A stretch of DNA of 64,000 bases from Escherichia coli (GTDB taxonomy: Bacteria; Pseudomonadota; Gammaproteobacteria; Enterobacterales; Enterobacteriaceae): the NCBI RefSeq assembly GCF_044647545.1, contig NZ_CP172818.1; one strand, 5' to 3'. Below, piece by piece: positions 10,971 to 24,012 of the stretch (position 1 is the first letter of the stretch; every line of letters begins with the position of its first letter). The notes under the pieces are model-generated. The model saw only the letters and a program-made list of their open reading frames with translations. It was not told the origin of the DNA and searched no databases. The translations under genes and the position numbers were made by a program.

Positions 10971-12952
10971 TGAAAACCGTCGTTTTTGCCTACCACGATA
11001 TGGGATGCCTCGGTATTGAAGCCCTGCTGGCTGCCGGTTACGAAATTAGCGCCATTTTTACCCATACTGATAATCCCGGTGAAAAAGCCTTTTATGGTTC
11101 GGTGGCTCGTCTGGCAGCGGAAAGAGGCATTCCGGTTTATGCGCCGGATGACGTTAACCATCCGCTGTGGGTGGAACGCATTGCCCAACTATCACCAGAT
11201 GTGATTTTCTCTTTTTATTATCGCCATCTTATTCACGACAAGATTTTGCAGCTCGCTCCTGCAGGCGCATTTAATCTGCATGGTTCACTGTTACCAAAAT
11301 ATCGTGGTCGCGCGCCGCTGAACTGGGTGCTGGTGAACGGTGAAACGGAAACTGGCGTGACATTGCACCGAATGGTGAAACGTGCCGATGCTGGGGCCAT
11401 TGTAGCCCAACTGCGCATTGCCATTGCGCCAGACGATATCGCCATTACGCTGCATCATAAGTTATGCCATGCCGCGCGACAGCTACTGGAGCAGACATTA
11501 CCCGCCATTAAAGACGGTAATATTCTGGAAATCGCCCAGTGCGAAAACGAAGCCACCTGTTTTGGTCGCAGAACGCCAGAAGACAGCTTCCTCGAGTGGC
11601 ACAAATCGGCAGCAGTATTGCATAACATGGTGCGTGCAGTCGCCGATCCGTGGCCGGGTGCCTTCAGCTATGTTGGTAATCAAAAATTTACCGTCTGGTC
11701 GTCACGCGTACATCCTCATACATCCGCAGCGCAGCCGGGAAGCGTGATTTCTGTTGCGCCGTTGCTGATTGCCTGTGGCGATGGCGCGCTGGAAATCGTC
11801 ACCGGACAGGCGGGCGACGGCATTACTATGCAGGGCTCACAATTAGCCCAGACGCTGGGGCTGGTGCAAGGTTCACGCTTGAATAGCCAGCCGGTCTGCG
11901 CCGCCCGACGCCGTACCCGGGTACTCATCCTCGGTGTGAATGGCTTTATTGGCAACCATCTGACAGAACGCCTGCTGCGCGAAGATCATTATGAAGTTTA
12001 CGGTCTGGATATTGGCAGCGATGCGATAAGCCGTTTTCTGAATCATCCGCATTTTCACTTTGTCGAAGGCGATATCAGTATTCATTCCGAATGGATTGAG
12101 TATCACGTCAAAAAATGTGATGTCGTCTTGCCTTTGGTGGCGATAGCCACGCCGATTGAATATACCCGCAACCCGCTGCGCGTATTTGAACTCGATTTCG
12201 AAGAGAATCTGCGCATTATCCGCTACTGCGTGAAGTACCGTAAGCGAATCATCTTCCCGTCGACTTCAGAAGTTTATGGGATGTGTAGCGATAAATACTT
12301 CGATGAGGACCATTCTAATTTAATCGTCGGCCCGGTGAATAAACCACGCTGGATTTATTCGGTGTCTAAACAATTACTTGATCGAGTGATCTGGGCCTAT
12401 GGCGAAAAAGAGGGGTTACAGTTCACCCTCTTCCGCCCGTTTAACTGGATGGGACCGCGACTGGATAACCTTAATGCAGCGCGAATCGGCAGCTCCCGCG
12501 CGATTACGCAACTCATTCTCAATCTGGTAGAAGGTTCACCAATTAAGCTGATTGATGGCGGAAAACAAAAACGCTGCTTTACTGATATTCGCGATGGTAT
12601 CGAGGCGTTATACCGCATTATCGAAAATGCGGGAAATCGCTGCGACGGCGAAATTATCAACATTGGCAATCCTGATAACGAAGCGAGCATTGAGGAACTG
12701 GGCCAGATGCTGCTGGCGAGCTTCGAAAAACATCCGCTGCGCCATCACTTCCCACCGTTTGCGGGCTTTCGTGTTGTCGAAAGTAGCAGCTACTACGGCA
12801 AAGGATATCAGGACGTAGAGCATCGTAAACCAAGCATCCGCAATGCCCGCCGCTGCCTGGACTGGGAGCCGAAAATTGATATGCAGGAAACCATCGACGA
12901 AACGCTGGATTTCTTCCTGCGCACCGTCGAGCTTACGGATAAACCATCATGA
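10970..12952 (+). CDS. arnA: bifunctional UDP-glucuronic acid decarboxylase / UDP-L-Ara4N formyltransferase
   Basis: ORF 10970..12952, 660 aa; N-terminal formyltransferase and C-terminal SDR domain with [10 protein letters not shown] Rossmann motif. Confidence 0.95.
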
Positions 12953-13839
12953 CAAAAGTAGGCTTACGCATTGATGTCGATACCTTTCGTGGCACCCGTG
13001 AAGGCGTGCCGCGTCTGCTGGAAATCTTGAGTAAGCATAATATTCAGGCCAGCATTTTTTTCAGCGTCGGCCCGGACAATATGGGCCGCCATCTCTGGCG
13101 ACTGGTGAAGCCACAGTTTTTGTGGAAGATGCTGCGCTCAAACGCGGCATCGCTTTATGGCTGGGATATTTTACTGGCAGGTACGGCCTGGCCAGGTAAA
13201 GAGATTGGTCATGCCAATGCCGATATCATTTGTGAAGCAGCTAAACATCACGAAGTCGGCCTGCACGCCTGGGATCACCATGCCTGGCAAGCCCATAGCG
13301 GTAACTGGGATCGGCAAACATTGGTCGACGATATTGCACGCGGCCTTCGCACTCTGGAAGAGATTATCGGTCAACCGGTAACCTGTTCTGCCGCTGCGGG
13401 CTGGCGTGCCGACCAGCAGGTGATCGAAGCAAAAGAAGCGTTCCATTTGCGCTACAACAGCGATTGTCGTGGGGCCATGCCGTTTCGGCCACTGCTCGAA
13501 TCAGGAAACCCTGGCACTGCGCAAATTCCGGTGACCTTACCCACCTGGGATGAAGTGATTGGTCGGGATGTGAAAGCAGAAGATTTTAACGGTTGGTTAC
13601 TCAACCGCATCCTGCGAGATAAAGGCACGCCGGTTTATACCATTCATGCCGAAGTTGAAGGCTGCGCTTATCAGCATAATTTTGTGGATCTCCTCAAACG
13701 CGCAGCTCAGGAAGGCGTGACATTTTGCCCTTTAAGCGAACTGTTATCAGGGATGTTGCCGCTCGGACAAGTTGTTCGCGGAAATATTGCCGGACGTGAA
13801 GGCTGGCTGGGTTGCCAACAAATTGCGGGTAGTCGCTGA
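12949..13839 (+). CDS. arnD: 4-deoxy-4-formamido-L-arabinose-phosphoundecaprenol deformylase (polysaccharide deacetylase family)
   Basis: ORF 12949..13839, 296 aa; 4-bp overlap with arnA. Confidence 0.9.
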
Positions 13840-15491
13840 TGAAATCGGTACGTTACCTTATCGGCCTCTTCGCGTTTATTGCCTGCTATTACCTGTTACC
13901 GATCAGCACGCGTCTGCTATGGCAACCCGATGAAACGCGTTATGCGGAAATCAGTCGAGAAATGCTGGCATCCGGCGACTGGATTGTGCCCCATTTGTTA
14001 GGGCTACGTTATTTCGAAAAACCCATTGCCGGATACTGGATTAACAGCATTGGGCAATGGCTATTTGGCGCGAATAACTTTGGTGTGCGGGCAGGCGTTA
14101 TCTTTGCGACCCTGTTAACTGCCGCGCTGGTGACCTGGTTTACTCTGCGCTTATGGCGCGATAAACGTCTGGCTCTACTCGCCGCAGTGATTTATCTCTC
14201 ATTGTTTATTGTCTATGCCATTGGCACTTATGCCGTGCTCGATCCGTTTATTGCCTTCTGGCTGGTGGCGGGAATGTGCAGCTTCTGGCTGGCAATGCAG
14301 GCACAGACGTGGAAAGGCAAAAGCGCGGGATTTTTACTGCTGGGAATCACCTGCGGCATGGGGGTGATGACCAAAGGTTTTCTCGCCCTTGCCGTGCCGG
14401 TATTAAGCGTGCTTCCATGGGTTGCAACGCAAAAACGCTGGAAAGATCTCTTTATTTACGGCTGGCTGGCGGTTATCAGTTGCGTACTGACGGTTCTCCC
14501 CTGGGGACTGGCGATAGCGCAGCGGGAGCCTGACTTCTGGCACTATTTTTTCTGGGTTGAGCATATTCAACGCTTTGCAATGGATGATGCTCAGCATAGA
14601 GCTCCGTTCTGGTACTACTTGCCGGTCATCATTGCCGGTAGCCTGCCGTGGCTGGGATTACTCCCCGGAGCACTGTACGCAGGCTGGAAAAACCGCAAGC
14701 ATTCCGCAACCGTCTATTTGTTGAGCTGGACGATAATGCCGCTGCTGTTTTTCTCCGTCGCTAAAGGCAAATTGCCCACCTATATTCTTTCCTGCTTTGC
14801 ACCTCTGGCAATGCTGATGGCGCATTACGCTTTGCTGGCAGCAAAAAATAATCCTCTGGCGCTGCGGATTAATGGCTGGATTAACATCGCTTTTGGTGTC
14901 ACTGGCATTATTGCCACATTTGTGGTCTCCCCATGGGGACCAATGAACACGCCAGTGTGGCAAACCTTCGAGAGCTATAAAGTCTTTTGTGCCTGGTCGA
15001 TTTTTTCGCTATGGGCATTTTTCGGCTGGTACACCTTAACAAACGTCGAAAAGACCTGGTCTTTTGCCGCGCTTTGCCCGCTGGGGCTGGCGTTGCTGGT
15101 AGGATTTTCAATTCCTGACAGAGTCATGGAAGGAAAACATCCGCAATTTTTTGTCGAGATGACACAAGAATCACTTCAGCCAAGCCGCTATATTCTTACT
15201 GATAGCGTCGGTGTTGCCGCAGGTCTGGCATGGAGCCTGCAACGCGATGACATCATCATGTATCGCCAGACAGGTGAGTTGAAATACGGCCTTAATTATC
15301 CGGATGCGAAAGGGAGATTTGTCAGCGGTGATGAGTTCGCAAACTGGCTTAATCAACATCGTCAGGAGGGGATTATTACACTCGTACTTTCGGTTGACCG
15401 CGATGAAGATATCAACAGTCTCGCCATTCCGCCCGCAGATGCCATCGATCGTCAGGAGCGTCTGGTGCTGATTCAGTATCGTCCCAAATGA
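13839..15491 (+). CDS. arnT: undecaprenyl phosphate-alpha-L-Ara4N transferase (GT83, integral membrane)
   Basis: ORF 13839..15491, 550 aa; polytopic membrane protein; start overlaps arnD stop. Confidence 0.9.
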
Positions 15492-15823
15492 TCTGGCTAA
15501 CATTAGTCTTTGCCAGCTTGCTTAGCGTTGCCGGGCAGTTGTGTCAGAAACAGGCAACCTGCTTTGTGGCGATAAACAAACGGCGCAAACATATCGTGCT
15601 GTGGCTGGGACTGGCGCTGGCTTGTCTTGGTCTTGCCATGGTGCTCTGGCTGCTGGTCTTGCAGAACGTACCGGTAGGCATTGCCTACCCGATGTTAAGT
15701 CTGAATTTTGTCTGGGTGACGCTGGCTGCAGTAAAACTGTGGCACGAACCGGTATCGCCGCGTCACTGGTGTGGAGTAGCGTTCATTATTGGCGGCATTG
15801 TGATCCTCGGGAGTACGGTGTAA
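15488..15823 (+). CDS. arnE: undecaprenyl phosphate-Ara4N flippase subunit ArnE (SMR-like)
   Basis: ORF 15488..15823, 111 aa, four predicted TM helices; overlaps arnT by 4 bp. Confidence 0.85.
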
Positions 15824-16209
15824 TGGGTCTGGTGTGGGGATTATTCAGCGTCATTATTGCCTCAGTTGCGCAATTAAGCCTCGGTTTTGCGGCGAGTCAT
15901 CTGCCGCCGATGACGCACTTATGGGATTTTATCGCGGCGCTGTTAGCTTTTGGCCTGGAGGCACGGATACTGTTGCTTGGGCTGCTGGGTTATCTGCTTT
16001 CCGTTTTTTGTTGGTATAAAACACTACATAAACTTGCACTAAGCAAAGCCTATGCCTTGCTCAGTATGAGTTATGTGCTGGTATGGATTGCTTCAATGGT
16101 ACTTCCCGGCTGGGAAGGAACTTTTTCGCTGAAAGCACTACTGGGAGTAGCCTGTATTATGAGCGGGTTGATGCTGATTTTCCTGCCCACCACAAAACAA
16201 CGTTACTGA
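15823..16209 (+). CDS. arnF: undecaprenyl phosphate-Ara4N flippase subunit ArnF
   Basis: Internal ATG of ORF 15541..16209 ([14 protein letters not shown]..., 128 aa); start overlaps arnE stop (TAATG). Confidence 0.85.
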   Translation: MGLVWGLFSVIIASVAQLSLGFAASHLPPMTHLWDFIAALLAFGLEARILLLGLLGYLLSVFCWYKTLHKLALSKAYALLSMSYVLVWIASMVLPGWEGTFSLKALLGVACIMSGLMLIFLPTTKQRY

Positions 16210-16469
16210 GTTTTCCCAGCCGATTGACACTGCCGTTCCCACTCATCGGGGCTGTAGCTGCTTGCCGAGAGGACTTTCACCGTATGCAGCTTTTCACGAT
16301 TAATACAATAAAGCGCATTCTGCAAAGGCGAGAGTAAATCCCCCACTTTCACGGCGAAGTCACTCTTCACTTCGGCAATCATTTTTATCGTGCCACCAGC
16401 ATCACAAAGCTTAAGTACATGTCTGTTATCTTGTTTATCACAGCATGACTTTTTAACCAGCCATTCCAT
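16203..16469 (-). CDS. pmrD: signal transduction connector protein PmrD
   Basis: ORF 16203..16499 minus; recognised PmrD begins at in-frame ATG 16469 ([10 protein letters not shown]..., 88 aa); 3' end overlaps the arnF 3' end by 7 bp. Confidence 0.8.
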   Translation of the reverse strand: MEWLVKKSCCDKQDNRHVLKLCDAGGTIKMIAEVKSDFAVKVGDLLSPLQNALYCINREKLHTVKVLSASSYSPDEWERQCQSAGKTQ

Positions 16470-16578
16470 TGCACCACCCTGTTTGATAAGAATTTTCACA
16501 TTAATTTACAGATTAACAGATAAACCTATTATCAACGGCAATGGAATGGCAAAATTGCGAAGTGAAACTAATGATTTC

Positions 16579-17934
16579 TTAATCCTGGCGTTGCACCCAC
16601 TCTTTTAGCGCCCGACGTGAAATTTTAATACCGCCGTTTTTCAGTTCTGATGGTAACGTTAACCAACGCACCGGTTGCTGAAAACGAGCCAACTTGTCTT
16701 TCACCCATTCGTCAAGATCAACGGTTTGCTGGTCATACTCCACCACCGCTACTGGCCGATGACCAAACTCCTTGTCGGCAACGGGGACGATAAACACCTG
16801 CAAAACCGCAGGATGTGCAGCAATAACGCGCTCGACTTCTTCCGGCTGAATACCCTCACCGCCACTGAAGAATAGATTGTCTAAACGTCCGACAATGGTC
16901 AGCTTGCCATTATGCATCTCACCGCGATCGCGCGTGGCGTACCAGCCTTCGTCATTAACCAGTGGAACCCGTTGCCCGTTACGCCAGTAACCTTCTGCCA
17001 TACTGGCAGCCCGCAGCCACACTTCATCATTAACGATTTTCACTTCCCGACCCGGCAGCGGCGAACCAACGTCCGCCAGGCCGTCGGCTTCTTTCGCACA
17101 CACCGTGGAGGCAAACTCGGTCAGACCATAGCCGCAAAAGCAACGAATCCCCTGCTCGCGCGCCTGTTCCGTCAACTCGACCGGGATAGCCGCGCCGCCA
17201 AGTAAAACCGCTTTCAGGGAAACGGAACTACGGTTAACCAGCAAACGCCAGAGTTGTGTTGGCACCAGTGAAGCGTGAGTACAGCCTGCCAGCATTTGCT
17301 CCAGGGGCTGTTTATCACGTACCGTCATCCGCGCACCAGCGTATAACCAGCGCCACATAATCCCCTGACCGGAGACGTGAAACAGCGGTAAAGAGAGCAA
17401 CCAGTCATCGTGCTCGCCAAACGGTATCAGCGATAACACACCTTGCGCACTGGCAAGATGGGCCTGATAAGTATGAACAGCGGCTTTCGGCAAACCGGTA
17501 GAGCCGGAGGTCAACGTCATTGAGCACAGACGCGTCGGCTGCCACGCAGCGGCATGTGCGCCTTCAACCAGCTGAATGTGCAGCGACGTTAACGCCGGAA
17601 ACGTGTTTTCCCCATCCGGCACCAGCGCAAATTGCAGCGTCAGATTGGGCAGCAATTCCTCAAGCAACGGTTGCGGCAGTTGAGGGTTCACGGGCAGCAC
17701 CCGCGCCCCGCATTGCAGTAACGCCAGCCAGGCGAGCAGCGTTTGCGGCGTATTCCACGCCCGCAACATCACGCCGCTGCCCTCAACAACGCCCTGTGCC
17801 ACAAAGCCGGAGGCTAATTCATCGACGCGAGCACAAAGCTCGCGCCAGTTAAGTTGCTCGTCATTAAGACGTAAGGCGATGGCTTCTCCCCGCACTTGCC
17901 GCCAGTGACGCCACGGCCAGTCAGAGAAGATCAT
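16579..17934 (-). CDS. menE: o-succinylbenzoate--CoA ligase
   Basis: ORF 16579..17934 minus, 451 aa; adenylate-forming enzyme motifs ([10 protein letters not shown]). Confidence 0.9.
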   Translation of the reverse strand: MIFSDWPWRHWRQVRGEAIALRLNDEQLNWRELCARVDELASGFVAQGVVEGSGVMLRAWNTPQTLLAWLALLQCGARVLPVNPQLPQPLLEELLPNLTLQFALVPDGENTFPALTSLHIQLVEGAHAAAWQPTRLCSMTLTSGSTGLPKAAVHTYQAHLASAQGVLSLIPFGEHDDWLLSLPLFHVSGQGIMWRWLYAGARMTVRDKQPLEQMLAGCTHASLVPTQLWRLLVNRSSVSLKAVLLGGAAIPVELTEQAREQGIRCFCGYGLTEFASTVCAKEADGLADVGSPLPGREVKIVNDEVWLRAASMAEGYWRNGQRVPLVNDEGWYATRDRGEMHNGKLTIVGRLDNLFFSGGEGIQPEEVERVIAAHPAVLQVFIVPVADKEFGHRPVAVVEYDQQTVDLDEWVKDKLARFQQPVRWLTLPSELKNGGIKISRRALKEWVQRQD

Positions 17935-18893
17935 AACAGCCGCTCCAGTGCATCAACTTCCACTAACGGTAGCGGGCTACCCGGCCAGCGACGAACCTGC
18001 TGCGCCTGCATCAGATCCAGCGTGTCCAGTCCCGGAATGGTGTCTGGCGTTAACCAGGCAGCAATCCGCGCCAGTTGCGTTAGACCTAAGCTCGACTCAA
18101 TGGAAGAACTGATCACCGCCGTCAGCCCCAGCGCGTGCGCCGCCTGCACCTGCTCACGTACTTTCTCCAGGCTACCCGTGAGCGTGGGTTTGATAACTAC
18201 CGCGCGCACGCCCTGTTCAGCGACAAAGGCAAAATCCGGCTCGCGCAGGCTTTCATCCCAAGCAATGGCAATGCCGGTTTCACGGGTAAACGCTCGCGAA
18301 TCATCGCGGGTTTTACACGGCTCTTCGAGAAAAGCAATGCGGTGGCGATAATCCGGGTTAACGTATTTGGCAAACTGCTGGCCTTTCAGCGGCGTCCAGG
18401 CGCGATTCGCGTCAAGACGCAAATGCAGATCAGGAACCGCCTCCAGCAACAGATTGACCACCATGCCGTCGCGCACGGCTTCGTACAATCCCACTTTGAC
18501 CTTCGCCACTTTCTCGCCCGGCATATCGGCAAGTTTGAGGATCAGATCGTCAGGATCGCCATTACACAGTGGTGCCGCACGGTAATTGGCCGCCTGCGGG
18601 AGCGTATCTGCCAGCTCCGCCAATGCACAGCTTACGCCAAAGGCCACGGAAGGCATCTGCGGTAATTCGCAATCGCCTGCCAGCCAGTTATTTACCCAGG
18701 CAAGCAGCACGCTTTGCGCCTCTTCCCAGGTTTCCTGGCTGAAGCCCGGCAGTGGGGAGATCTCCCCCCACCCTTCGCGCTCGCCCTCACGCAGGCAAAC
18801 GTACAGCCCGTCGCGGGTTTTTAACCGCCTGTCGCGCAGAACCACCCCCGCGTCCATGGGGATCTGCCAGCGGTATACCTGCGCGCTACGCAT
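17931..18893 (-). CDS. menC: o-succinylbenzoate synthase (enolase superfamily)
   Basis: ORF 17931..18893 minus, 320 aa; 4-bp overlap with menE. Confidence 0.9.
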   Translation of the reverse strand: MRSAQVYRWQIPMDAGVVLRDRRLKTRDGLYVCLREGEREGWGEISPLPGFSQETWEEAQSVLLAWVNNWLAGDCELPQMPSVAFGVSCALAELADTLPQAANYRAAPLCNGDPDDLILKLADMPGEKVAKVKVGLYEAVRDGMVVNLLLEAVPDLHLRLDANRAWTPLKGQQFAKYVNPDYRHRIAFLEEPCKTRDDSRAFTRETGIAIAWDESLREPDFAFVAEQGVRAVVIKPTLTGSLEKVREQVQAAHALGLTAVISSSIESSLGLTQLARIAAWLTPDTIPGLDTLDLMQAQQVRRWPGSPLPLVEVDALERLL

Positions 18894-19750
18894 TACGGAT
18901 TCCGTTTAAATTTGCTGAAGTCAGGCTGACGTTTCTGGTTGAAGGCGTTGCGACCTTCCTGACCTTCTTCCGTCATGTAGAACAGCATGGTGGCGTTGCC
19001 CGCCAGCTCCTGCAGACCTGCCTGACCGTCACAGTCGGCGTTCAGTGCAGCTTTCAGGCAGCGCAGCGCCATCGGGCTGTTTTGCAGCATTTCACGGCAC
19101 CAGCGCACGGTTTCTTTTTCCAGATCCGCCAGCGGTACCACGGTGTTTACAAGGCCCATATCCAGCGCCTGTTTTGCGTCGTACTGACGGCACAGGAACC
19201 AGATTTCACGCGCTTTTTTCTGTCCAACAATGCGCGCCATGTAGGAAGCGCCCCAGCCGCCGTCGAAGGAACCGACTTTCGGGCCAGTCTGACCGAAGAT
19301 GGCATTATCTGCCGCGATAGTCAGGTCGCACATCATGTGCAGAACGTGACCGCCGCCGATGGAGTAGCCAGCCACCATCGCGACAACTGGTTTCGGACAG
19401 GTACGAATCTGACGCTGGAAGTCCAGCACGTTCAGGTGATGTACGCCGGAATCATCTTTATAGCCGCCGTAATCACCACGCACTTTCTGGTCACCACCGG
19501 AGCAGAACGCTTTATCGCCTGCGCCAGTCAGAATGATCACGCCGATGTTGTCGTCATAACGCGCATCTGCCAGTGCCTGGATCATCTCTTTTACCGTCAG
19601 AGGACGGAAGGCATTGCGCACCTGCGGACGATTAATGGTGATTTTTGCGATACCGTCGGCAGATTTTTCATAACGAATGTCCTCGAAACCTTCGGAGCAG
19701 TCGTGCCATTCAACCGGTGCGTAAAGCATTGCTTCATCAGGATAAATCAT
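18893..19750 (-). CDS. menB: 1,4-dihydroxy-2-naphthoyl-CoA synthase (crotonase family)
   Basis: ORF 18893..19750 minus, 285 aa; recognised MenB sequence. Confidence 0.95.
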   Translation of the reverse strand: MIYPDEAMLYAPVEWHDCSEGFEDIRYEKSADGIAKITINRPQVRNAFRPLTVKEMIQALADARYDDNIGVIILTGAGDKAFCSGGDQKVRGDYGGYKDDSGVHHLNVLDFQRQIRTCPKPVVAMVAGYSIGGGHVLHMMCDLTIAADNAIFGQTGPKVGSFDGGWGASYMARIVGQKKAREIWFLCRQYDAKQALDMGLVNTVVPLADLEKETVRWCREMLQNSPMALRCLKAALNADCDGQAGLQELAGNATMLFYMTEEGQEGRNAFNQKRQPDFSKFKRNP

Positions 19751-19764
19751 ATTGTGTCCTTTAG

Positions 19765-20523
19765 TCAGAAACGCAAGATCTGCGCCAGACTTGCGATTAC
19801 GCCAGCGGGATTTTCCCGGTGCGCGTTATGTCCGGCGCGAGGAATGACATGGCATTCGGCAGCCAGTTCCGCCGCCAGAGCGCGGAATTTGCTGTCACGT
19901 TCACCACATAAATAATAAAACGCAAATGTGCGGGCGCTAAGGTTAGCACGTAAATCGGGCTGGACGGCGAGAGAAGTCGCCTCCAGCATGGCGGCAAGCG
20001 TTGCGCCATTATTGTTGCTGCGCAGCGCAACCAGCTCCCGGCGTTGTTCGTCATTGAGTGAGGCAAAAACAGGCTGTTGATACCAATCAGCAAATACCGC
20101 CGTTAACGGTTCTGTGCGAAAACGCTGCGCCCATTGGCGATCGGAACGCTGACGTTGCGTGCGTTGTTCAGCATTTTGCAACCCAGGATGCCCGCCTTCG
20201 ACAACAACCCCACAAAGCCCCGCCAGCCCCTGGCAAGCCGCCATCATCGCCACCCGTCCGCCAAGCGAGTACCCCACCAGCCAGAAGTCAAGGATGTTGT
20301 AACTAACCAAGGTTTTACACAGTAAGCCGGTGACATCATCAAATCCATCGACGCTAATCGCCGCCGAACCACCGTGACCAGGGAGATCAACATACAACCG
20401 TGAGTAGTCGGCAAACACCTCGCCCACTTCTTGCCATTCATGGCAATCGCCGGAAAAACCGTGCAAAAACACCAGCCAGGGTAAACCTGGTTTACCGTGT
20501 TTTGCCTGCGCGTGCAGGATCAT
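19765..20523 (-). CDS. menH: SHCHC synthase (alpha/beta hydrolase)
   Basis: ORF 19765..20523 minus, 252 aa; GYSLGG nucleophile elbow. Confidence 0.9.
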   Translation of the reverse strand: MILHAQAKHGKPGLPWLVFLHGFSGDCHEWQEVGEVFADYSRLYVDLPGHGGSAAISVDGFDDVTGLLCKTLVSYNILDFWLVGYSLGGRVAMMAACQGLAGLCGVVVEGGHPGLQNAEQRTQRQRSDRQWAQRFRTEPLTAVFADWYQQPVFASLNDEQRRELVALRSNNNGATLAAMLEATSLAVQPDLRANLSARTFAFYYLCGERDSKFRALAAELAAECHVIPRAGHNAHRENPAGVIASLAQILRF

Positions 20524-22190
20524 AAATGGCTTACCTGCGCCAGCAGTTGCTGGAGGGTTTGCGCACCATCGGTGTCGTTAACCACCATTTCAATTACCGT
20601 GGTGGTCGGCGTGCGCCAGGCGTCGGCAAGTGCCGTTTCAAGTTCCTGCCAGTTTTGCGGACGATGATATTTCAGCTCGAACATCGCGGCGGCGTGCTCA
20701 AAATGGACGTTTTGCGGCATCAGATAGAAACGCTCGCGCTCGTTTTTCGGCGTTGGCAACAGCGAGAAAATTTGCCCGCCGTTGTTGTTCACCACAATTA
20801 ATACCAGCGGCGCGGAAACCTGACGTAATAACGCCAGCGCGTTGAGATCGTAAAGAGCTGAGAGATCGCCCACAATCGCCAGCGTCGGTTTGCCGCTTGC
20901 CCGCTGAACGCCTGCGGCGGTCGAGAGCAGCCCGTCGATACCGCTGGCACCACGGTTGCTGTACACCGGGTAACCTGCCGGAAGTTGCGAAAGCGCATCA
21001 ATCAGACGTACCACCAGGCTGTTACCGACAAACAATTGCCCCTGTTCAGGCAGATAGTCGCTGATGCGATGCGCCAGTTGGGCTTCGCCAAACGCATCGC
21101 GACGGGCAATAACCGCCTGCATTGCCTGTTCCGCCAGGCGCGGGATTTCAACGCACCAGGGCTGGCGTTTTTCTGCCGGATGTTGCTCCAGCCAGTCGGC
21201 AATATTGGCAATTAAGCGACGTCCGCGATGGTGTGCCGGATCAAGTCGCCCTTCAATGTCATCAACAATCCAGTACTCTTCGGGTTCACAGCTTGCCTGC
21301 CATTGCAGGAGCCGTTTGCCCGTCAGGCTGCTTCCCAGTTGCACCACAATTTGCGCCTGTTGCAGTTCGCTGGTCGCTTTGGCATTGCCTAACCAGAGAT
21401 CGGCACACGGCAGCGGCTGTCCGGTTTGCGACAGCACATCGCCAATCAGCGGCCAGCCAAGAGTTTGCGCCCACAGTGCGACTTTTTTGCCCTCTTCCGC
21501 ACTCATGCGCCCGGCAACCACCACGCCGCGCTTTTGTCGCCAGAAGAACCAGTCGCGCTGTTTTTCACTTTCCAGACGAGGCGCTTCACGCAGCCACGGC
21601 TTATCGTCCTGCCACCAGTCGCCCAGACGCTGTTGCCAGCTAAGCCCGGTGTCGTCCATTTCGCCATACAGCGGTTCGGCAAACGGACAGTTGATATGGA
21701 CTCCACCAGCATGAAGCGTACCGAGAGCGTGGTCGATGGTAGAAACCAGCCAACGTGCGGGGATATCCTGGGTCGGGCGCGGCAATGAAATACTGTGCGT
21801 GGGGTGAGAGGCGAACATTCCCGGCTGACGAATCGCCTGATTCGCGCCGCAGTCAATGAGCTCCGGCGGGCGATCGGCGGTTAACAGGATCAGTTTTTCT
21901 CCGGTTAACCCGGCTTCAATCAGTGCCGGATAGAGATTTGCTACCGCCGTGCCGGAGGTCACAATCACAGCCACCGGCTGCTTGCTGACTTTCGCCAGCC
22001 CCAGCGCCAGATGCCCCAGTCCACGCTCATCGAAATGGGTGTGGTGAATGAATGCGGAATTCTCCGCCGCCGCTAACGTTAACGGTGTAGAACGCGAGCC
22101 AGGGGCGATACAGATGTGTCTGACGCCGTGACGCGTTAATGCTTCCAGAATGACCGCCGCCCAGCGTCGGTTAAATGCGCTTACTGACAT
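20520..22190 (-). CDS. menD: SEPHCHC synthase (ThDP-dependent)
   Basis: ORF 20520..22541 minus; recognised MenD starts at in-frame ATG 22190 ([10 protein letters not shown]..., 556 aa); the upstream extension would overlap menF. Confidence 0.9.
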   Translation of the reverse strand: MSVSAFNRRWAAVILEALTRHGVRHICIAPGSRSTPLTLAAAENSAFIHHTHFDERGLGHLALGLAKVSKQPVAVIVTSGTAVANLYPALIEAGLTGEKLILLTADRPPELIDCGANQAIRQPGMFASHPTHSISLPRPTQDIPARWLVSTIDHALGTLHAGGVHINCPFAEPLYGEMDDTGLSWQQRLGDWWQDDKPWLREAPRLESEKQRDWFFWRQKRGVVVAGRMSAEEGKKVALWAQTLGWPLIGDVLSQTGQPLPCADLWLGNAKATSELQQAQIVVQLGSSLTGKRLLQWQASCEPEEYWIVDDIEGRLDPAHHRGRRLIANIADWLEQHPAEKRQPWCVEIPRLAEQAMQAVIARRDAFGEAQLAHRISDYLPEQGQLFVGNSLVVRLIDALSQLPAGYPVYSNRGASGIDGLLSTAAGVQRASGKPTLAIVGDLSALYDLNALALLRQVSAPLVLIVVNNNGGQIFSLLPTPKNERERFYLMPQNVHFEHAAAMFELKYHRPQNWQELETALADAWRTPTTTVIEMVVNDTDGAQTLQQLLAQVSHL

Positions 22191-22278
22191 GAGTTTGTCC
22201 GGTATCAATATTGCGGCTAAGTATAAGGAGCTACAAAAATAGATTATTGATATGAATCGGTAATGATGCGACTCATTA

Positions 22279-23574
22279 CTATTCCATTTGTAATAAAGTA
22301 CGCAGCCCTGCCGCTTTGTTGTCGATTTCCTGCCACTCTTGCTCGGGGTCGGAACCACGGACAATGCCCGCGCCAGCATATAGCCGCACGACATTGCCGC
22401 TAATTTTTGCTGAGCGCAGGGAAACGCAGAATTCGCTTTGTTGTAATGAGAGATAGCCCGCAGAACCGGCGTACCATTCTCGGGTGAACGGTTCGTGACG
22501 GGCGATAAACTGTCGCGCCAGATCGCGCGGTAAGCCAGCAACTGCTGCCGTTGGCTGCAACTGATGTAAACAGATCACATCATCCGCTTTGTTGAGTGCA
22601 GTCCAGATACAGCGGCGAAGATGCTGCACTTTACGCAGACGCAGTACCTGCGGCGGTAAAACATCCAACGTCTGGGTATCGGCCTGCAATCGTTGGCAGA
22701 TATCCTCCACCACCAACATGTTCTCGCGCTGGTTTTTATCATCCGCCATCAGCCACTCACCCAACCGCTGCGCCTGCTTATCATCAGGATGATTTGCTAC
22801 CGTTCCCGCCAGCGCTTCAGTACGCAGCGCTTTGTCACGCCGCCGCCATAATCGTTCCGGTGAAGAGCCAAGAAAAGCATTTTCGCCATCAAAGGCCATG
22901 TAAAAATGGTAGCAATTCAGATTCAGTCGACGACTGGCAGCCATCATCGCCGCCGCATTGACCGGACTTGCGAAATGCAGGTCAGTTGCCCGAGCAAGCA
23001 CCACTTTGTCGAGCTCACCTTCGGCGATGGTTTTCGTTGCCAGTTCGATTAATTGCGTCCACCCCGTTTTGTCCGGCCAGTGTTGTTCTCGGGTGGTGGT
23101 TAAATGTAACCCAGGCAAGGGTTTAATACTCACCAGTGTGGCGATAAATTCTTTTGCCTTAATCGCATCATGCTGAAGGGATCTTTCGCTGAATAGCGTC
23201 AGCCGCAGCGTGGCTTTACCGCCACAGCGTCGCCATTCCAGGCGTGGTAAAAGTAAATTGCCCTGCGACGGGTCAAACGCATTCAACCCCCAGATGCGTA
23301 AGTCGGCGTGTTCCGGGTGCTGGCGAAGAAAACGTTGTGCCTGGTCCAACGACGTAAAACGGGTTATCGCACCCAGGACGGCAGCTTCTTCATCACCATT
23401 ACGTTGTTGCCAGTAGAATTGCGGATACACCTGCTGACTGGCCAGCCAGCTCAAGGCATCAAAAGCGTCTTTGAGAGGGAAAGGAATATCGATAACCCGA
23501 ATGCCGGGTGTCGCCGGAATCTCTTGCGACAAATGGCGCAGTAGATTTTCCAGCGCCGTAGTAAGTGATTGCAC
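22279..23574 (-). CDS. menF: isochorismate synthase (menaquinone-specific)
   Basis: ORF 22279..23574 minus, 431 aa; chorismate-binding enzyme family. Confidence 0.9.
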   Translation of the reverse strand: MQSLTTALENLLRHLSQEIPATPGIRVIDIPFPLKDAFDALSWLASQQVYPQFYWQQRNGDEEAAVLGAITRFTSLDQAQRFLRQHPEHADLRIWGLNAFDPSQGNLLLPRLEWRRCGGKATLRLTLFSERSLQHDAIKAKEFIATLVSIKPLPGLHLTTTREQHWPDKTGWTQLIELATKTIAEGELDKVVLARATDLHFASPVNAAAMMAASRRLNLNCYHFYMAFDGENAFLGSSPERLWRRRDKALRTEALAGTVANHPDDKQAQRLGEWLMADDKNQRENMLVVEDICQRLQADTQTLDVLPPQVLRLRKVQHLRRCIWTALNKADDVICLHQLQPTAAVAGLPRDLARQFIARHEPFTREWYAGSAGYLSLQQSEFCVSLRSAKISGNVVRLYAGAGIVRGSDPEQEWQEIDNKAAGLRTLLQME

Positions 23575-23652
23575 GCGGACCTCTCCCTGTTAAAAGCCTC
23601 ACATTATACGGGGTACGACAAAAAAAATGCAGTACCCCGGTGTAGGGAGGTT

Positions 23653-23958
23653 TTAACGGCGTGCCAGCAACAGTCCTAGTACCAGCCCAACGGCCGCACC
23701 CACACCAATTCCTTGCCAGGGTTTTTCGTGGACGTAGTCATCAGCACGATAAACTGCCTGCTTCGCCCGATAGTAATAACTGTCTGAAGCCTGGCTAACC
23801 CGTTTTTTCACATCATCCAGCGCTTTTTCTGCACGCGCTTTCAGCTCAACATATTTCTGATCGGCGGGATCGCCAGAGGAGCGGAGCACCTCTTCCAGTG
23901 TTTCACTAAGCAGCGTCAGGTCGTCATCGATACGTGTATCACCAAACTGATTAGACAT
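23653..23958 (-). CDS. elaB: DUF883 family ribosome-associated tail-anchored membrane protein
   Basis: ORF 23653..23958 minus, 101 aa; C-terminal TM (GIGVGAAVGLVLGLLLARR). Confidence 0.85.
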   Translation of the reverse strand: MSNQFGDTRIDDDLTLLSETLEEVLRSSGDPADQKYVELKARAEKALDDVKKRVSQASDSYYYRAKQAVYRADDYVHEKPWQGIGVGAAVGLVLGLLLARR

Positions 23959-24012
23959 TCTCGTTCTCCATTTGCGTAAAACCTGTCACTAACTATAGAC
24001 AATGGTTATTGA

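Noticed and set aside
15541-16209. 222-aa ORF upstream-extended form of arnF
   Set aside because: The extension overlaps arnE in a different frame; the membrane protein sequence begins at the ATG at 15823, which is coupled to the arnE stop (TAATG).
20520-22541. 673-aa extended menD ORF
   Set aside because: The extension runs through the menD-menF intergenic region into the menF 3' end; the recognised MenD starts at ATG 22190.
23575-23652. Hairpin GGGGTAC-N15-GTACCCC in the menF-elaB spacer
   Set aside because: The loop is long and A/T-rich and no U-tract follows the stem in the right orientation for either gene, so it is not convincing as an intrinsic terminator.
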